Source of the DNA: Bacteroidales bacterium
GTDB taxonomy: Bacteria; Bacteroidota; Bacteroidia; Bacteroidales; VadinHA17
Reading direction: 5' to 3'
DNA length: 46,548 nt
Assembly (NCBI GenBank): GCA_035530535.1
Contig: DATKUS010000184.1
Span: 1 to 46,548 of the forward strand
The position numbers were made by a program, and so were the translations under genes. The notes below the pieces were generated by a model that did no database searches, was not told the origin of the DNA, and saw only the letters and a list, made by a program, of their open reading frames with translations. Shown here one piece after another: positions 9,092-17,531 of this stretch. Position 1 is the first letter of the stretch. Each line of letters starts with the position of its first letter.

Positions 9092-10537
9092 GTGAAAAGG
9101 ATCAACTTCAAATCACTGTTAAAGATCATAGGACTGATCCTGATAATTATTTCAATATCATTCCTTCTCTGTATTCCGGTAGCCATTATATATTCAGAAT
9201 CTGCAGAGGCTTTTATCTTCTCATCACTTATCATTCTGGTCCCGGGTTTATTGATATTTTTTTTTGTAAGAAGCCCGATAAATGAAAAGATAAGTGTCAG
9301 GGAAGGGTACCTCGGAGTCACTATAGCATGGCTTACACTGGCTCTGGCAGGAACCCTGCCTTACATTCTCAGCGGCACTATTCCGGGTTTTGTCAATATT
9401 CTGTTTGAGACCGTTTCCGGATTTACCACAACTGGCGCCTCTATACTTCAGGATGTTGAAATACTTCCAAAATCCATTCTGTTCTGGCGAAGCCTTACTC
9501 ACTGGATAGGCGGTGTCGGAATAATTTTGCTCGTGATCATTATCCTTCCCACATTGAAGGTTGGAGGCTACAACCTCTTTTCCCTTGAATCATCAATGAA
9601 GCAGAAGATCCTGCCAAAAACAAAGTCAATTGCTTACAGGATCTTATTTATCTACCTGGGAATTACTATAGGTGAGATCATTCTTCTCAGTTTTGGAGGA
9701 ATGAGCCTTTTTGACAGTGTATGCCATTCATTCGGGACCGTGGCAACCGGGGGATTCTCAACCAGGAACACGAGTATTTCAGGATATTCATCTTACATAC
9801 AATATGTTATAGCCATATTCATGTTCATTTCAGCTACAAGCTATGTGGTCTTCTATTTCCTGGTTAAGGGGAAATTCAAAAAGGTTAGGGCAAATGAAGA
9901 ACTGAGGCTTTTTATTCTTTTCACTTCAGCATGTATAGCTTTTGTTACCCTGGTACTGTATTTCGGATCCAGCAGAACTTTTGAAGAGTCATTCCGTCAT
10001 TCTTTCTTCCAGGTCGTTTCTCAGATTTCTACTACCGGTTATGCAACTGCTGATTATATGTTATGGCCGCAAGTTGGATGGTTCTTTATGTTTATAATTA
10101 TGTTTGCCGGAGGATCAACGGGTTCAACAGCTGGTGGCATCAAGATGGCCAGACATCTAATTCTTCTTAAAAACCTTCGGAATATTTTTGTCAGGATCCA
10201 GCACAGCAGTGCAGTTCTCCCGGTCAGAATGGACGATAAAATTATTTCTGAGAATATCAACTTTATGATGCTGGTATTTATTCTGCTTTATTTTGTGATA
10301 TTTTTGACCGGAACGTTAATTATGATTGGTTCAGGCGTGCCTGTAGCTGAGTCAGCAGGTGCCAGTGCCACATCCCTGGCCGGAATAGGCCCCGGGCTTG
10401 GGCGCTCCGGTAACTTTGGCAATTATGCCCATTTTACAGCAGTGGCCAAATCGACAATGATTGCACTTATGATTATCGGTCGTCTGGAGCTTTTCACAAT
10501 CCTGGCTCTGTTCACACGTTCGTTCTGGAGAAATTAA
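9092..10537 (+). CDS. trkH: TrkH/KtrB-family potassium uptake membrane protein
   Basis: A polytopic protein with repeated selectivity-filter-like motifs (ETVSGFTTTGAS, TVATGGFST, QISTTGYAT, GGSTGSTAGGIK). It has a GTG start at 9092 and no in-frame ATG nearby. Confidence 0.85.
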   Translation: MKRINFKSLLKIIGLILIIISISFLLCIPVAIIYSESAEAFIFSSLIILVPGLLIFFFVRSPINEKISVREGYLGVTIAWLTLALAGTLPYILSGTIPGFVNILFETVSGFTTTGASILQDVEILPKSILFWRSLTHWIGGVGIILLVIIILPTLKVGGYNLFSLESSMKQKILPKTKSIAYRILFIYLGITIGEIILLSFGGMSLFDSVCHSFGTVATGGFSTRNTSISGYSSYIQYVIAIFMFISATSYVVFYFLVKGKFKKVRANEELRLFILFTSACIAFVTLVLYFGSSRTFEESFRHSFFQVVSQISTTGYATADYMLWPQVGWFFMFIIMFAGGSTGSTAGGIKMARHLILLKNLRNIFVRIQHSSAVLPVRMDDKIISENINFMMLVFILLYFVIFLTGTLIMIGSGVPVAESAGASATSLAGIGPGLGRSGNFGNYAHFTAVAKSTMIALMIIGRLELFTILALFTRSFWRN

Positions 10538-10572
10538 GTTCAAATATCACACGAGGCTTTGCACCGTCCAAA

Positions 10573-11715
10573 ATGCTAAAGATCATCAAAATAATATTTT
10601 CACTCCTGTTGCTGATTCTGCCCTTCAAATGCCTGGCGCAGGATAGTCTGGGAATGAAAGGACAGGCTTCTGCCTGGATGCTTTTCAACGGGGGCAACGA
10701 CCTGCCAGTATATGCTGGTGGCAGATACATCCCGCAGTTGAATCTCAACCTGCCGCTTAAGAACGATAAACACATTGACTTTGAAGCTTCATTAAACATT
10801 AACGGAAGCCTGGGACTTAATCCTTTTGACTCCGTAAAGGCTGACGGACAGGTAAAACCATACAGGCTATGGGCAAGGTATTCATCAAGGCAGTTTGAGA
10901 TCAGGGCAGGACTTCAGAAAATAAATTTCGGATCGGCATCTCTTATGCGTCCTCTTATGTGGTTCGACGAGGTTGACCCACGCGATCCCTTACACCTTAC
11001 AGATGGGGTATGGGGCATTTTAGGCAGATATTACTTCCTCAACAATGCAAATATATGGCTATGGGGTCTGTATGGCAATAAAGATCCAAGAGGCTGGGAT
11101 TTTGCAGGGACAAACACCCGTTATCCTGAAGTTGGAGGAAGAATACAGTTACCCGTCCCTAAAGGTGAGGCGGCCTTATCGTATAATTACAGGATTGCAG
11201 ACACCAGAAATCAGGGTGTCACCATTCCACAGTTCAGCGAGATCCCGGAAAACAGGATCGGTTTCGATATTAAACTCGATCTGGTTGTCGGCTTCTGGCT
11301 TGAAGGTTCCTGGGTGACAAAGAATAAGGACCTGGGCCGGCTTACCAACCATGAAATCCTGAATGCCGGTGTTGACTATACTTTTAGTATTGGTAACGGA
11401 TTATATGTGGTTTACGAACATCTGCTGGCCTCATATGACAGAGAGGCATTCAGATTTCAAGACAGAACATCATTTTCTCTTTTCACTGTTTCATATCCGG
11501 TTGGTCTCTTTGATAATATAAGCGGGATAATTTATTACGACTGGAAAAACAGAAAAGCCTATAGTTTTGTAAACTGGCAAAAACAGTTTAATAGTTTAAC
11601 TTTATACATTATGGGATATTGGAATCCCATGAACTACAATGTACCTGTTCAGGGAGGAGATAAGACCCTTTTTGCAGGGAAAGGAATCCAGATAATGCTT
11701 GTATTAAATCATTAA
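10573..11715 (+). CDS. Putative outer-membrane beta-barrel (porin-like) protein
   Basis: Has a signal peptide (LLLLILPFKCLAQ) and an alternating aromatic/hydrophilic beta-strand pattern. The block YRLWARYSSRQFEIRAGLQKINFGSAS...WFDEVDPRD is shared in form with the 447-aa protein at 30453-31796 (YLREAWCSYYNNILGISLGKKMINWGKTDFF...FNPTD). Confidence 0.6.
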   Translation: MLKIIKIIFSLLLLILPFKCLAQDSLGMKGQASAWMLFNGGNDLPVYAGGRYIPQLNLNLPLKNDKHIDFEASLNINGSLGLNPFDSVKADGQVKPYRLWARYSSRQFEIRAGLQKINFGSASLMRPLMWFDEVDPRDPLHLTDGVWGILGRYYFLNNANIWLWGLYGNKDPRGWDFAGTNTRYPEVGGRIQLPVPKGEAALSYNYRIADTRNQGVTIPQFSEIPENRIGFDIKLDLVVGFWLEGSWVTKNKDLGRLTNHEILNAGVDYTFSIGNGLYVVYEHLLASYDREAFRFQDRTSFSLFTVSYPVGLFDNISGIIYYDWKNRKAYSFVNWQKQFNSLTLYIMGYWNPMNYNVPVQGGDKTLFAGKGIQIMLVLNH

Positions 11716-11732
11716 AAATAAAATTATATCGG

Positions 11733-12440
11733 ATGGAAAATTCTTCAATCATTACCATTGATAAGCTTATCAAGCGATTTCCGGTCGGTAAAACCGAATT
11801 TACAGCCCTCAACAACATCAGTGTCAGTTTTGGTGCAGGGGAGTTTGCCGGTCTGGTAGGGCCAAGCGGATCAGGAAAAACAACACTTCTTAATATAATC
11901 GGTTCTCTTGACTCTCCCTCCGAAGGAGATGTTGGTGTGCTCGGCAAAGCTGTCTCATCGCTTAGCCATAAGGAATCGGCAAAACTCAGAAACCATCATA
12001 TCGGCTTCATCTTTCAGACCTATAATCTCTTGCCTGTTTATACCGTTTATGAGAATGTTGAGTTTGCACTTTTACTGCAAAAACTCTCCGGTTCAGAAAG
12101 AAGAAAGGCGGTGATGAACGCGCTGGAATGGGTGGGGCTGACAGATAAAGTGAAGTCGAGACCGTCAATGTTATCAGGCGGTGAATGCCAGCGTGTTGCA
12201 ATTGCGCGTTCGATGGTGAAGCGACCTGAGATTGTCCTGGCTGACGAGCCAACGGCAAACCTCGACTCTAAAAACTCCCATCATATTCTCCAGACGATGA
12301 AGAATCTTAACAGGGAGCTTAAAACCACATTCATATTTGCCACCCATGATGAGAAGGTGATGAAATACCTTGACCGTATTATTTCCCTGGAAGATGGGAA
12401 AATTGTCAGGGATGAACTGATACCTAACTCAAAAAGCTGA
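11733..12440 (+). CDS. ABC transporter ATP-binding protein (MacB/LolD-like)
   Basis: Has Walker A GPSGSGKTT, the signature LSGGECQRVAIAR, Walker B IVLADEPT and an H-loop ATHD. Confidence 0.9.
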   Translation: MENSSIITIDKLIKRFPVGKTEFTALNNISVSFGAGEFAGLVGPSGSGKTTLLNIIGSLDSPSEGDVGVLGKAVSSLSHKESAKLRNHHIGFIFQTYNLLPVYTVYENVEFALLLQKLSGSERRKAVMNALEWVGLTDKVKSRPSMLSGGECQRVAIARSMVKRPEIVLADEPTANLDSKNSHHILQTMKNLNRELKTTFIFATHDEKVMKYLDRIISLEDGKIVRDELIPNSKS

Positions 12441-12444
12441 AAAC

Positions 12445-13617
12445 ATGTTGTCAATAAAACTAGCATTTAAAAACCTGATGGGGGCAGGATTGAGAACATG
12501 GCTCAATGTCTCGGTCCTTTCCTTTGCGTTTGTGGTCATCATATTTTACAACGGCATGATAGACGGATGGAACAGGCAGAGCCGAATTGACACACAGGCA
12601 TGGGAGACAGGAGAGGGTGAGTTCTGGCACCCTGATTACGATCGTTATGATGCCTATACCATACAGGATTCGCACATGCCCATGTCAGCTGATATCCTTT
12701 CAGAGATAGGAAAGAAGAACCTTGTTCCCGAATTATTGGTACAGGCAACAGCTTTCCCCCAGGGGCGGATGCAGGGAGTAACCCTGAGGGGTATTGATCC
12801 CGGCCAGAAAATTCTGAAATTACCGACTTCAGCCCTTATTGAATCTGACGGCATTGATTATGCCGTCATCGGAAAAAGAATGGCCGAAACAGCTAAAATC
12901 GGCGTCGGCGACAAACTTCTGGTCAGGTGGCGCGATAAAAACGGCACTTACGATGCCCGGGAAATAGAGATAGCTTCCGTATTTAATTCGGATGTGCCTA
13001 CTGTTGACAGAGGACAGATCTATCTTCGTCTTGAAGTGCTTGAGGAAATGCTGGGAACAAAGAATGAAGCCACTTTGCTGGTTGCAGGTAAAAATTTTGT
13101 TCACAGGGACCTGATTGGCTGGGACTTTAAAGATCAGGGTTTTCTCCTGGCCGATATGGATAAAATCATTCAGGCAAAGAAGGCTGGAGGCACAATACTG
13201 GAAGGACTTTTACTGATCATTGCCCTTATAGCAATTTTTGATACACAGGTATTGTCAATATTCCGCCGGCAGAAAGAGATAGGCACCTATATTGCACTGG
13301 GAATGACACGTCCGCAGGTGGTAGGTATTTTTACCGTTGAGGGTGGTGCTCACAGCATTCTGGCAGCACTGCTTGGGGCGGTATACGGAATACCTCTGTT
13401 TATGCTGATAAATAAATCCGGGATCCCAATGGGATTCGCAAAGGGTGTGGACACAGATCTTCCCATTGGAGATGCTATATTTCCATACTATAGCCTTCAA
13501 CTGATAATCATCACCGTGATCCTTGTGGTTGTCACTGCAACAATAGTAAGCTATCTGCCAGCCCGTAAAATCTCGAAGATGAAACCCACAGATGCACTTA
13601 AAGGAAAACTCCAATGA
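12445..13617 (+). CDS. ABC transporter permease, FtsX/MacB-type
   Basis: Has an N-terminal TM helix, a ~220-aa periplasmic domain and a C-terminal FtsX-like 3-TM bundle ending ...YLPARKISKMKPTDALKG. It starts 4 nt after the ATPase gene. Confidence 0.85.
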   Translation: MLSIKLAFKNLMGAGLRTWLNVSVLSFAFVVIIFYNGMIDGWNRQSRIDTQAWETGEGEFWHPDYDRYDAYTIQDSHMPMSADILSEIGKKNLVPELLVQATAFPQGRMQGVTLRGIDPGQKILKLPTSALIESDGIDYAVIGKRMAETAKIGVGDKLLVRWRDKNGTYDAREIEIASVFNSDVPTVDRGQIYLRLEVLEEMLGTKNEATLLVAGKNFVHRDLIGWDFKDQGFLLADMDKIIQAKKAGGTILEGLLLIIALIAIFDTQVLSIFRRQKEIGTYIALGMTRPQVVGIFTVEGGAHSILAALLGAVYGIPLFMLINKSGIPMGFAKGVDTDLPIGDAIFPYYSLQLIIITVILVVVTATIVSYLPARKISKMKPTDALKGKLQ

Positions 13618-14888
13618 TAAAATTTTTATTTAAAGGAATCATAAGAGACAAGAGCAGGAGTCTGTTGCCAATAATTGTGGTAGCACTGGGCGTCTTCCTG
13701 ACTGTATTTATGAGTGGCTTCTTAAGAGGAGTATTCGGCGATATTTCAGATATCAACGCCAAATTCACTACAGGTCATGTTAAGATACTTACCCGTGCCT
13801 TTGCCGAAAACGAAAGCCAGATGCCCAATGACCTGGCACTGATGAATGTGCAGGAACTGATAAGTCAGCTTATAATCGATTATCCCGATATGGAATGGGT
13901 TGAAAGAATACATACCGGAGGATTACTGGATGTCCCGGACGAAAATGGTGAAACAAGGGAACAGGGGCAGGCGATCGGAACAGCTGTCGATCTGCTCTCT
14001 CCCACATCCAATGAACCGGAACGGATGAATGTTATTAAGTCAATAGTAAAGGGGTCATTGCCTGCCAGGCAGGGAGAAGCCCTTATAAGCGACGACTTTG
14101 CCGAGAGGTTCGGCGTGTCGGTAGGGGATGAGGTTACTCTTTTCGGGTCAACCATGAACGGAAGTATGATGTTTAAAAACTTCGTGGTCAGCGGAACACT
14201 GAGGTTTGGAAATACCATCCTTGATCGCGGCGCTATCTTCATGGATATAAGGGATGCACAACTGGCACTCGATATGGAAGATGCAGCGAGTGAGATACTC
14301 GGATACTTTAAGGACGGTGTTTATGATGACCTCAAGGCACAGCAGGTTGAAAAGTCATTTAATGCAAGATATTCCCTGGTGGACGATGAGTTTTCGCCTC
14401 AGATGTCACGTCTTGTTGAACAGGAAGGTCTTGGAGATTATCTTGCACTTGCTGAAAGTGCAGGGGCTATGATGGTGTTTATCTTTGTGATAGCAATGTC
14501 TATTGTATTGTGGAACACAGGTCTTCTGGGAGGCCTGAGAAGATACAATGAATTCGGTGTCCGCCTGGCCCTCGGTGAAGAGAAAAAGCACATTTATAAA
14601 ACTACAGTTTATGAGGCAATAATGATAGGGATCATCGGTTCAGTGGCAGGTACAGGCCTGGGATTGGCTGCCACCTATTATATGCAGTCCCACGGATGGG
14701 ATATCTCCGGCATTCTTAAAAATGTGGGAATGATGCTCCCCTCGGTTTACAGGGCCAAGGTAACTCCTGATCTGTTTTATATAGGCTTCTTCCCCGGAGT
14801 TATTGCAACAGTTCTTGGCAGCGCCCTTGCAGGTTTTGCCATTTATAAAAGAAAAACCTCACAACTGTTTCATGAACTGGAAGTATAG
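13614..14888 (+). CDS. ABC transporter permease, FtsX/MacB-type (second copy)
   Basis: Has the same architecture as the preceding permease. There is an ATGA start/stop overlap at 13614-17, consistent with translational coupling. Confidence 0.85.
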   Translation: MIKFLFKGIIRDKSRSLLPIIVVALGVFLTVFMSGFLRGVFGDISDINAKFTTGHVKILTRAFAENESQMPNDLALMNVQELISQLIIDYPDMEWVERIHTGGLLDVPDENGETREQGQAIGTAVDLLSPTSNEPERMNVIKSIVKGSLPARQGEALISDDFAERFGVSVGDEVTLFGSTMNGSMMFKNFVVSGTLRFGNTILDRGAIFMDIRDAQLALDMEDAASEILGYFKDGVYDDLKAQQVEKSFNARYSLVDDEFSPQMSRLVEQEGLGDYLALAESAGAMMVFIFVIAMSIVLWNTGLLGGLRRYNEFGVRLALGEEKKHIYKTTVYEAIMIGIIGSVAGTGLGLAATYYMQSHGWDISGILKNVGMMLPSVYRAKVTPDLFYIGFFPGVIATVLGSALAGFAIYKRKTSQLFHELEV

Positions 14889-14945
14889 CCATTTACAGAC
14901 AGTGGAATAGTTTTTGCAACAGTAATTTTAATTAACACACATAAG

Positions 14946-15680
14946 ATGAGAAAGATATTTCTGCTATTTGTACCGGCCCTTTTCCTGATGAGTTTCGAAG
15001 AACCCGATGCAAATACAATACTGGATAAAGTCGATAAGAATATGTCGTCAAGGAACAGGGTTTTTGAATCTGAAATGATCATCCACGGACATCGCGCCAG
15101 CAGGACAATTACATCCGTTTCATATTCGCAGGGCGACAAACAGTCATTTACGGAGTATCTCTCACCCGCCCGAGAACAGGGAACAAAGATGCTGAAGCTG
15201 GAAAATCAGTTGTGGATCTATTCTCCCTCGACAGACCGTACCATTCAGATATCGGGTCATATGCTGCGCCAGTCTGTAATGGGTTCTGACCTGTCATATG
15301 AAGATATGATGGATGACAGAAAGCTGACCGATATCTACTCTGCAAAAGTTACAGGTAATGAGATAGTTGACGGCAGAAGCACCTATGTGCTTGAATTAAC
15401 CGCCAAAGTCGATGATGCTGCTTATCATTCACAGAAGATATGGGTAGACACTGAAAGGTTTGTCCCTCTCAAACAGGAGATGTATGCAAGGAGTGGTAAG
15501 TTGCTTAAGCGTACAACTCTTTCGGATGTAAAACAGGTGCAGGGGCGGTGGTTCCCGATGAGAATGGTTTACAAAGATGTATTAAAAGATGGAGATGGAA
15601 CGGAGTTCAGAATGACAAGCGTAAAATTTGATCAGGCTATTCCTGAATATATCTTCACAAAAGCTGCCCTCAAACAGTAA
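14946..15680 (+). CDS. LolA-like 'outer membrane lipoprotein-sorting' family protein
   Basis: Has a signal peptide and motifs EYLSPAREQGTKMLKLENQLWIYSPSTDRTIQIS...SVMGSDLSYEDM. These parallel FLEPADVRGTSMLIV...MWIYLPALKRTRRIV...SFMSSEFSNADM in the protein at 27397-28167. Confidence 0.75.
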   Translation: MRKIFLLFVPALFLMSFEEPDANTILDKVDKNMSSRNRVFESEMIIHGHRASRTITSVSYSQGDKQSFTEYLSPAREQGTKMLKLENQLWIYSPSTDRTIQISGHMLRQSVMGSDLSYEDMMDDRKLTDIYSAKVTGNEIVDGRSTYVLELTAKVDDAAYHSQKIWVDTERFVPLKQEMYARSGKLLKRTTLSDVKQVQGRWFPMRMVYKDVLKDGDGTEFRMTSVKFDQAIPEYIFTKAALKQ

Positions 15681-15744
15681 GTAGATAATGATTTGGAAAA
15701 GATAATGCTGGCCAAAAATGATGAGACAGACGGCTGGCTATCAC

Positions 15745-16275
15745 TTATCTGAAGATCAGGGTAAACATAAGATATTTGAACAGCAGGCCTGCAACAGTAT
15801 AAATAACTGCATCCTTGATGCGATGCTTGAGCATACCTGCTGCCAGTGTGATGACCGGAGAGGAGAGAGGCAGGGCATTGAATACGAAAATGGCAATGTT
15901 GCCATATTTTCTGATCTTCGATTCGGCCTTCTCATATCTGCGTTTGCCAATAAACCTGTCGATGATCTTTTCGCTCAGCAAAAAACCTATCAGGTAATCA
16001 ATTGACTGGGCCAAAAGTGCCGTACAAATGGCCAGGGCATTAAGTACCCATACATTAACATTCCCTGAAAGATAATAAATGAAGGCTATCTCAACAGGCA
16101 TGAACAGGAAAAAGAGATATCCGGAGAAATTAACAATACCAAAGGAAAGAAGACCATGGTCTCCCGCACCATAATAAATATCCCGACCTATGGTCAGGGA
16201 GGCTATAGTTATGGCAGCAATTATCAGCAGGACTGAAACAGTCCACCGCGCGATATCTGCTTTGTTCCATTTCAT
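15745..16275 (-). CDS. YqaA/DedA (VTT-domain) family membrane protein
   Basis: A polytopic protein with blocks such as FLFMPVEIAFIYYL, AQSIDYLIGFLL and IFVFNALPLSSPVITLAAGM. The track ORF starts at a TTG (16329), and the first ATG (MKWNK...) is at 16275. Confidence 0.7.
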   Translation of the reverse strand: MKWNKADIARWTVSVLLIIAAITIASLTIGRDIYYGAGDHGLLSFGIVNFSGYLFFLFMPVEIAFIYYLSGNVNVWVLNALAICTALLAQSIDYLIGFLLSEKIIDRFIGKRRYEKAESKIRKYGNIAIFVFNALPLSSPVITLAAGMLKHRIKDAVIYTVAGLLFKYLMFTLIFR

Positions 16276-16345
16276 TCGCACAGCCCGGTAGATTTTTAAT
16301 AAATGTAATGAAATATCCTTACCCGCCAAATAAGGTTAAACAATC

Positions 16346-16813
16346 TCACCACCTGGTAAATGGTTTCTTCACCAGCATTGAGTTATAGTATCGCCGGACA
16401 CCTGTTACCTCCCCGCCAAGCCATTCCGGTCTCTCAAACAGCTCGTCCTCAGAGGTAAGCTCGACTTCAGCAATAATCAGTCCTGCATTTTCACCCGAGA
16501 ATTCATCGACTTCAAAAAGATGCTTTCCGCAGCGGACCTCATAACGGGTTTTTTCAATGAGGCCAGGTTCGCAAATAACAAGTAGTTCTTCAGCTTCTAT
16601 TACCGGGATCTCTTTTTCCCATTCATAGCGGGTTGCGCCTGATTCACTTCCTGATCCTTTTACAGTTATGAATCCTCTCTCACCTTTTATACGCACCCTG
16701 ACGGTTCGCTCCGGGACCGAAGAGAGGTATCCCTGAATGATCTTAATAGCTGTATCTGCCTCTTTCGGGAATTCGCATTTAACAAGAAACTTCCGCTCTA
16801 TTTCCAGTGCCAT
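16346..16813 (-). CDS. CYTH domain protein (triphosphate tunnel metalloenzyme)
   Basis: Has an N-terminal EIERKFLV motif followed by RVRIKGERGFITVKG and EVDEFSGENAGLIIAEVEL. Confidence 0.85.
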   Translation of the reverse strand: MALEIERKFLVKCEFPKEADTAIKIIQGYLSSVPERTVRVRIKGERGFITVKGSGSESGATRYEWEKEIPVIEAEELLVICEPGLIEKTRYEVRCGKHLFEVDEFSGENAGLIIAEVELTSEDELFERPEWLGGEVTGVRRYYNSMLVKKPFTRW

Positions 16814-16908
16814 AGCTAATGCATTACTATTTTGAATCCGTCAGTCACGCCGGACACTATAATAATGATGACATGAAGATAGTTGATTTGCCGCATATTT
16901 TAAAAGCT

Positions 16909-16947
16909 GTAAAAAAATAAGAGTGGTAACCTTAAGAGTTACCACTC
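16909..16947 (-). terminator. Rho-independent terminator downstream of the PepSY-like gene
   Basis: There is a perfect 10-bp stem (gagtggtaac / gttaccactc, 16921-16930 and 16938-16947) with a 7-nt loop. On the minus strand it is followed by a T-run (plus-strand aaaaaaataa, 16911-16920). Confidence 0.75.
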
Positions 16948-16997
16948 ATTACTTGAATATTTGACCCACAGGGTGTCAGAACCGGGATCGGGGAAAG

Positions 16998-17462
16998 TTA
17001 TTTTTCCTCCTTTTCGTCCTCTTCTTTCATTTCCTCTTTTGACAGAACTTTCCCTTCCGGATCAATGGCTGCCTCCATACTTGTTTCACCTTTTTCAAGG
17101 ACAAACTCATAGACCCTGGCATCCTTGGTTTCGGATATTTCTGACACTTTGATTTTAAAACCTGCGAACTCCTTGTCCAGGGTTGATTTTACAGCAGCAG
17201 GAATTTCTTTTGCTTTGATTTCATATTCTGTTTCCATCCAGTTTCCAGAATTGTCAAAGTTTGCTGTGTATTCTCTGCCGTCCATTTTAAATTCAGCTTC
17301 CAACTCTGTGTCGTTTTCCCTGCCCCATTCAACGTTGGTGGCCTTTGGAAATTTCTGTAAGAAGGCAGATGCAACCCCGGCAGGGACATCTTTGGCGGTT
17401 TGCCCGCAAGCGCTAAGACTTAATACAAAAGCTGCGGCCATAATTAAAACTGATGTTTTCAT
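16998..17462 (-). CDS. PepSY-like (putative beta-lactamase-inhibitor-like) lipoprotein
   Basis: Has a lipoprotein signal (FVLSLSAC) and two tandem ~60-aa halves (PAGVASAFLQKFPKATNVEW... and IPAAVKSTLDKEFAGFKIKV...), followed by an acidic tail. Confidence 0.7.
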   Translation of the reverse strand: MKTSVLIMAAAFVLSLSACGQTAKDVPAGVASAFLQKFPKATNVEWGRENDTELEAEFKMDGREYTANFDNSGNWMETEYEIKAKEIPAAVKSTLDKEFAGFKIKVSEISETKDARVYEFVLEKGETSMEAAIDPEGKVLSKEEMKEEDEKEEK

Positions 17463-17531
17463 TTTTTCTGGTTTTTAATTGTTAACTGACCAAAATTAAC
17501 TTCTGATTCTAAAGGAATCCTGAAGCAAGAA

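Noticed and set aside
8570-9321. ORFs 8570-8950 (+) and 8761-9321 (-) span the adaptor-trkH intergenic region.
   Set aside because: Both overlap the well-supported ends of neighbouring genes and have low-complexity, non-protein-like sequences. They are probably spurious.
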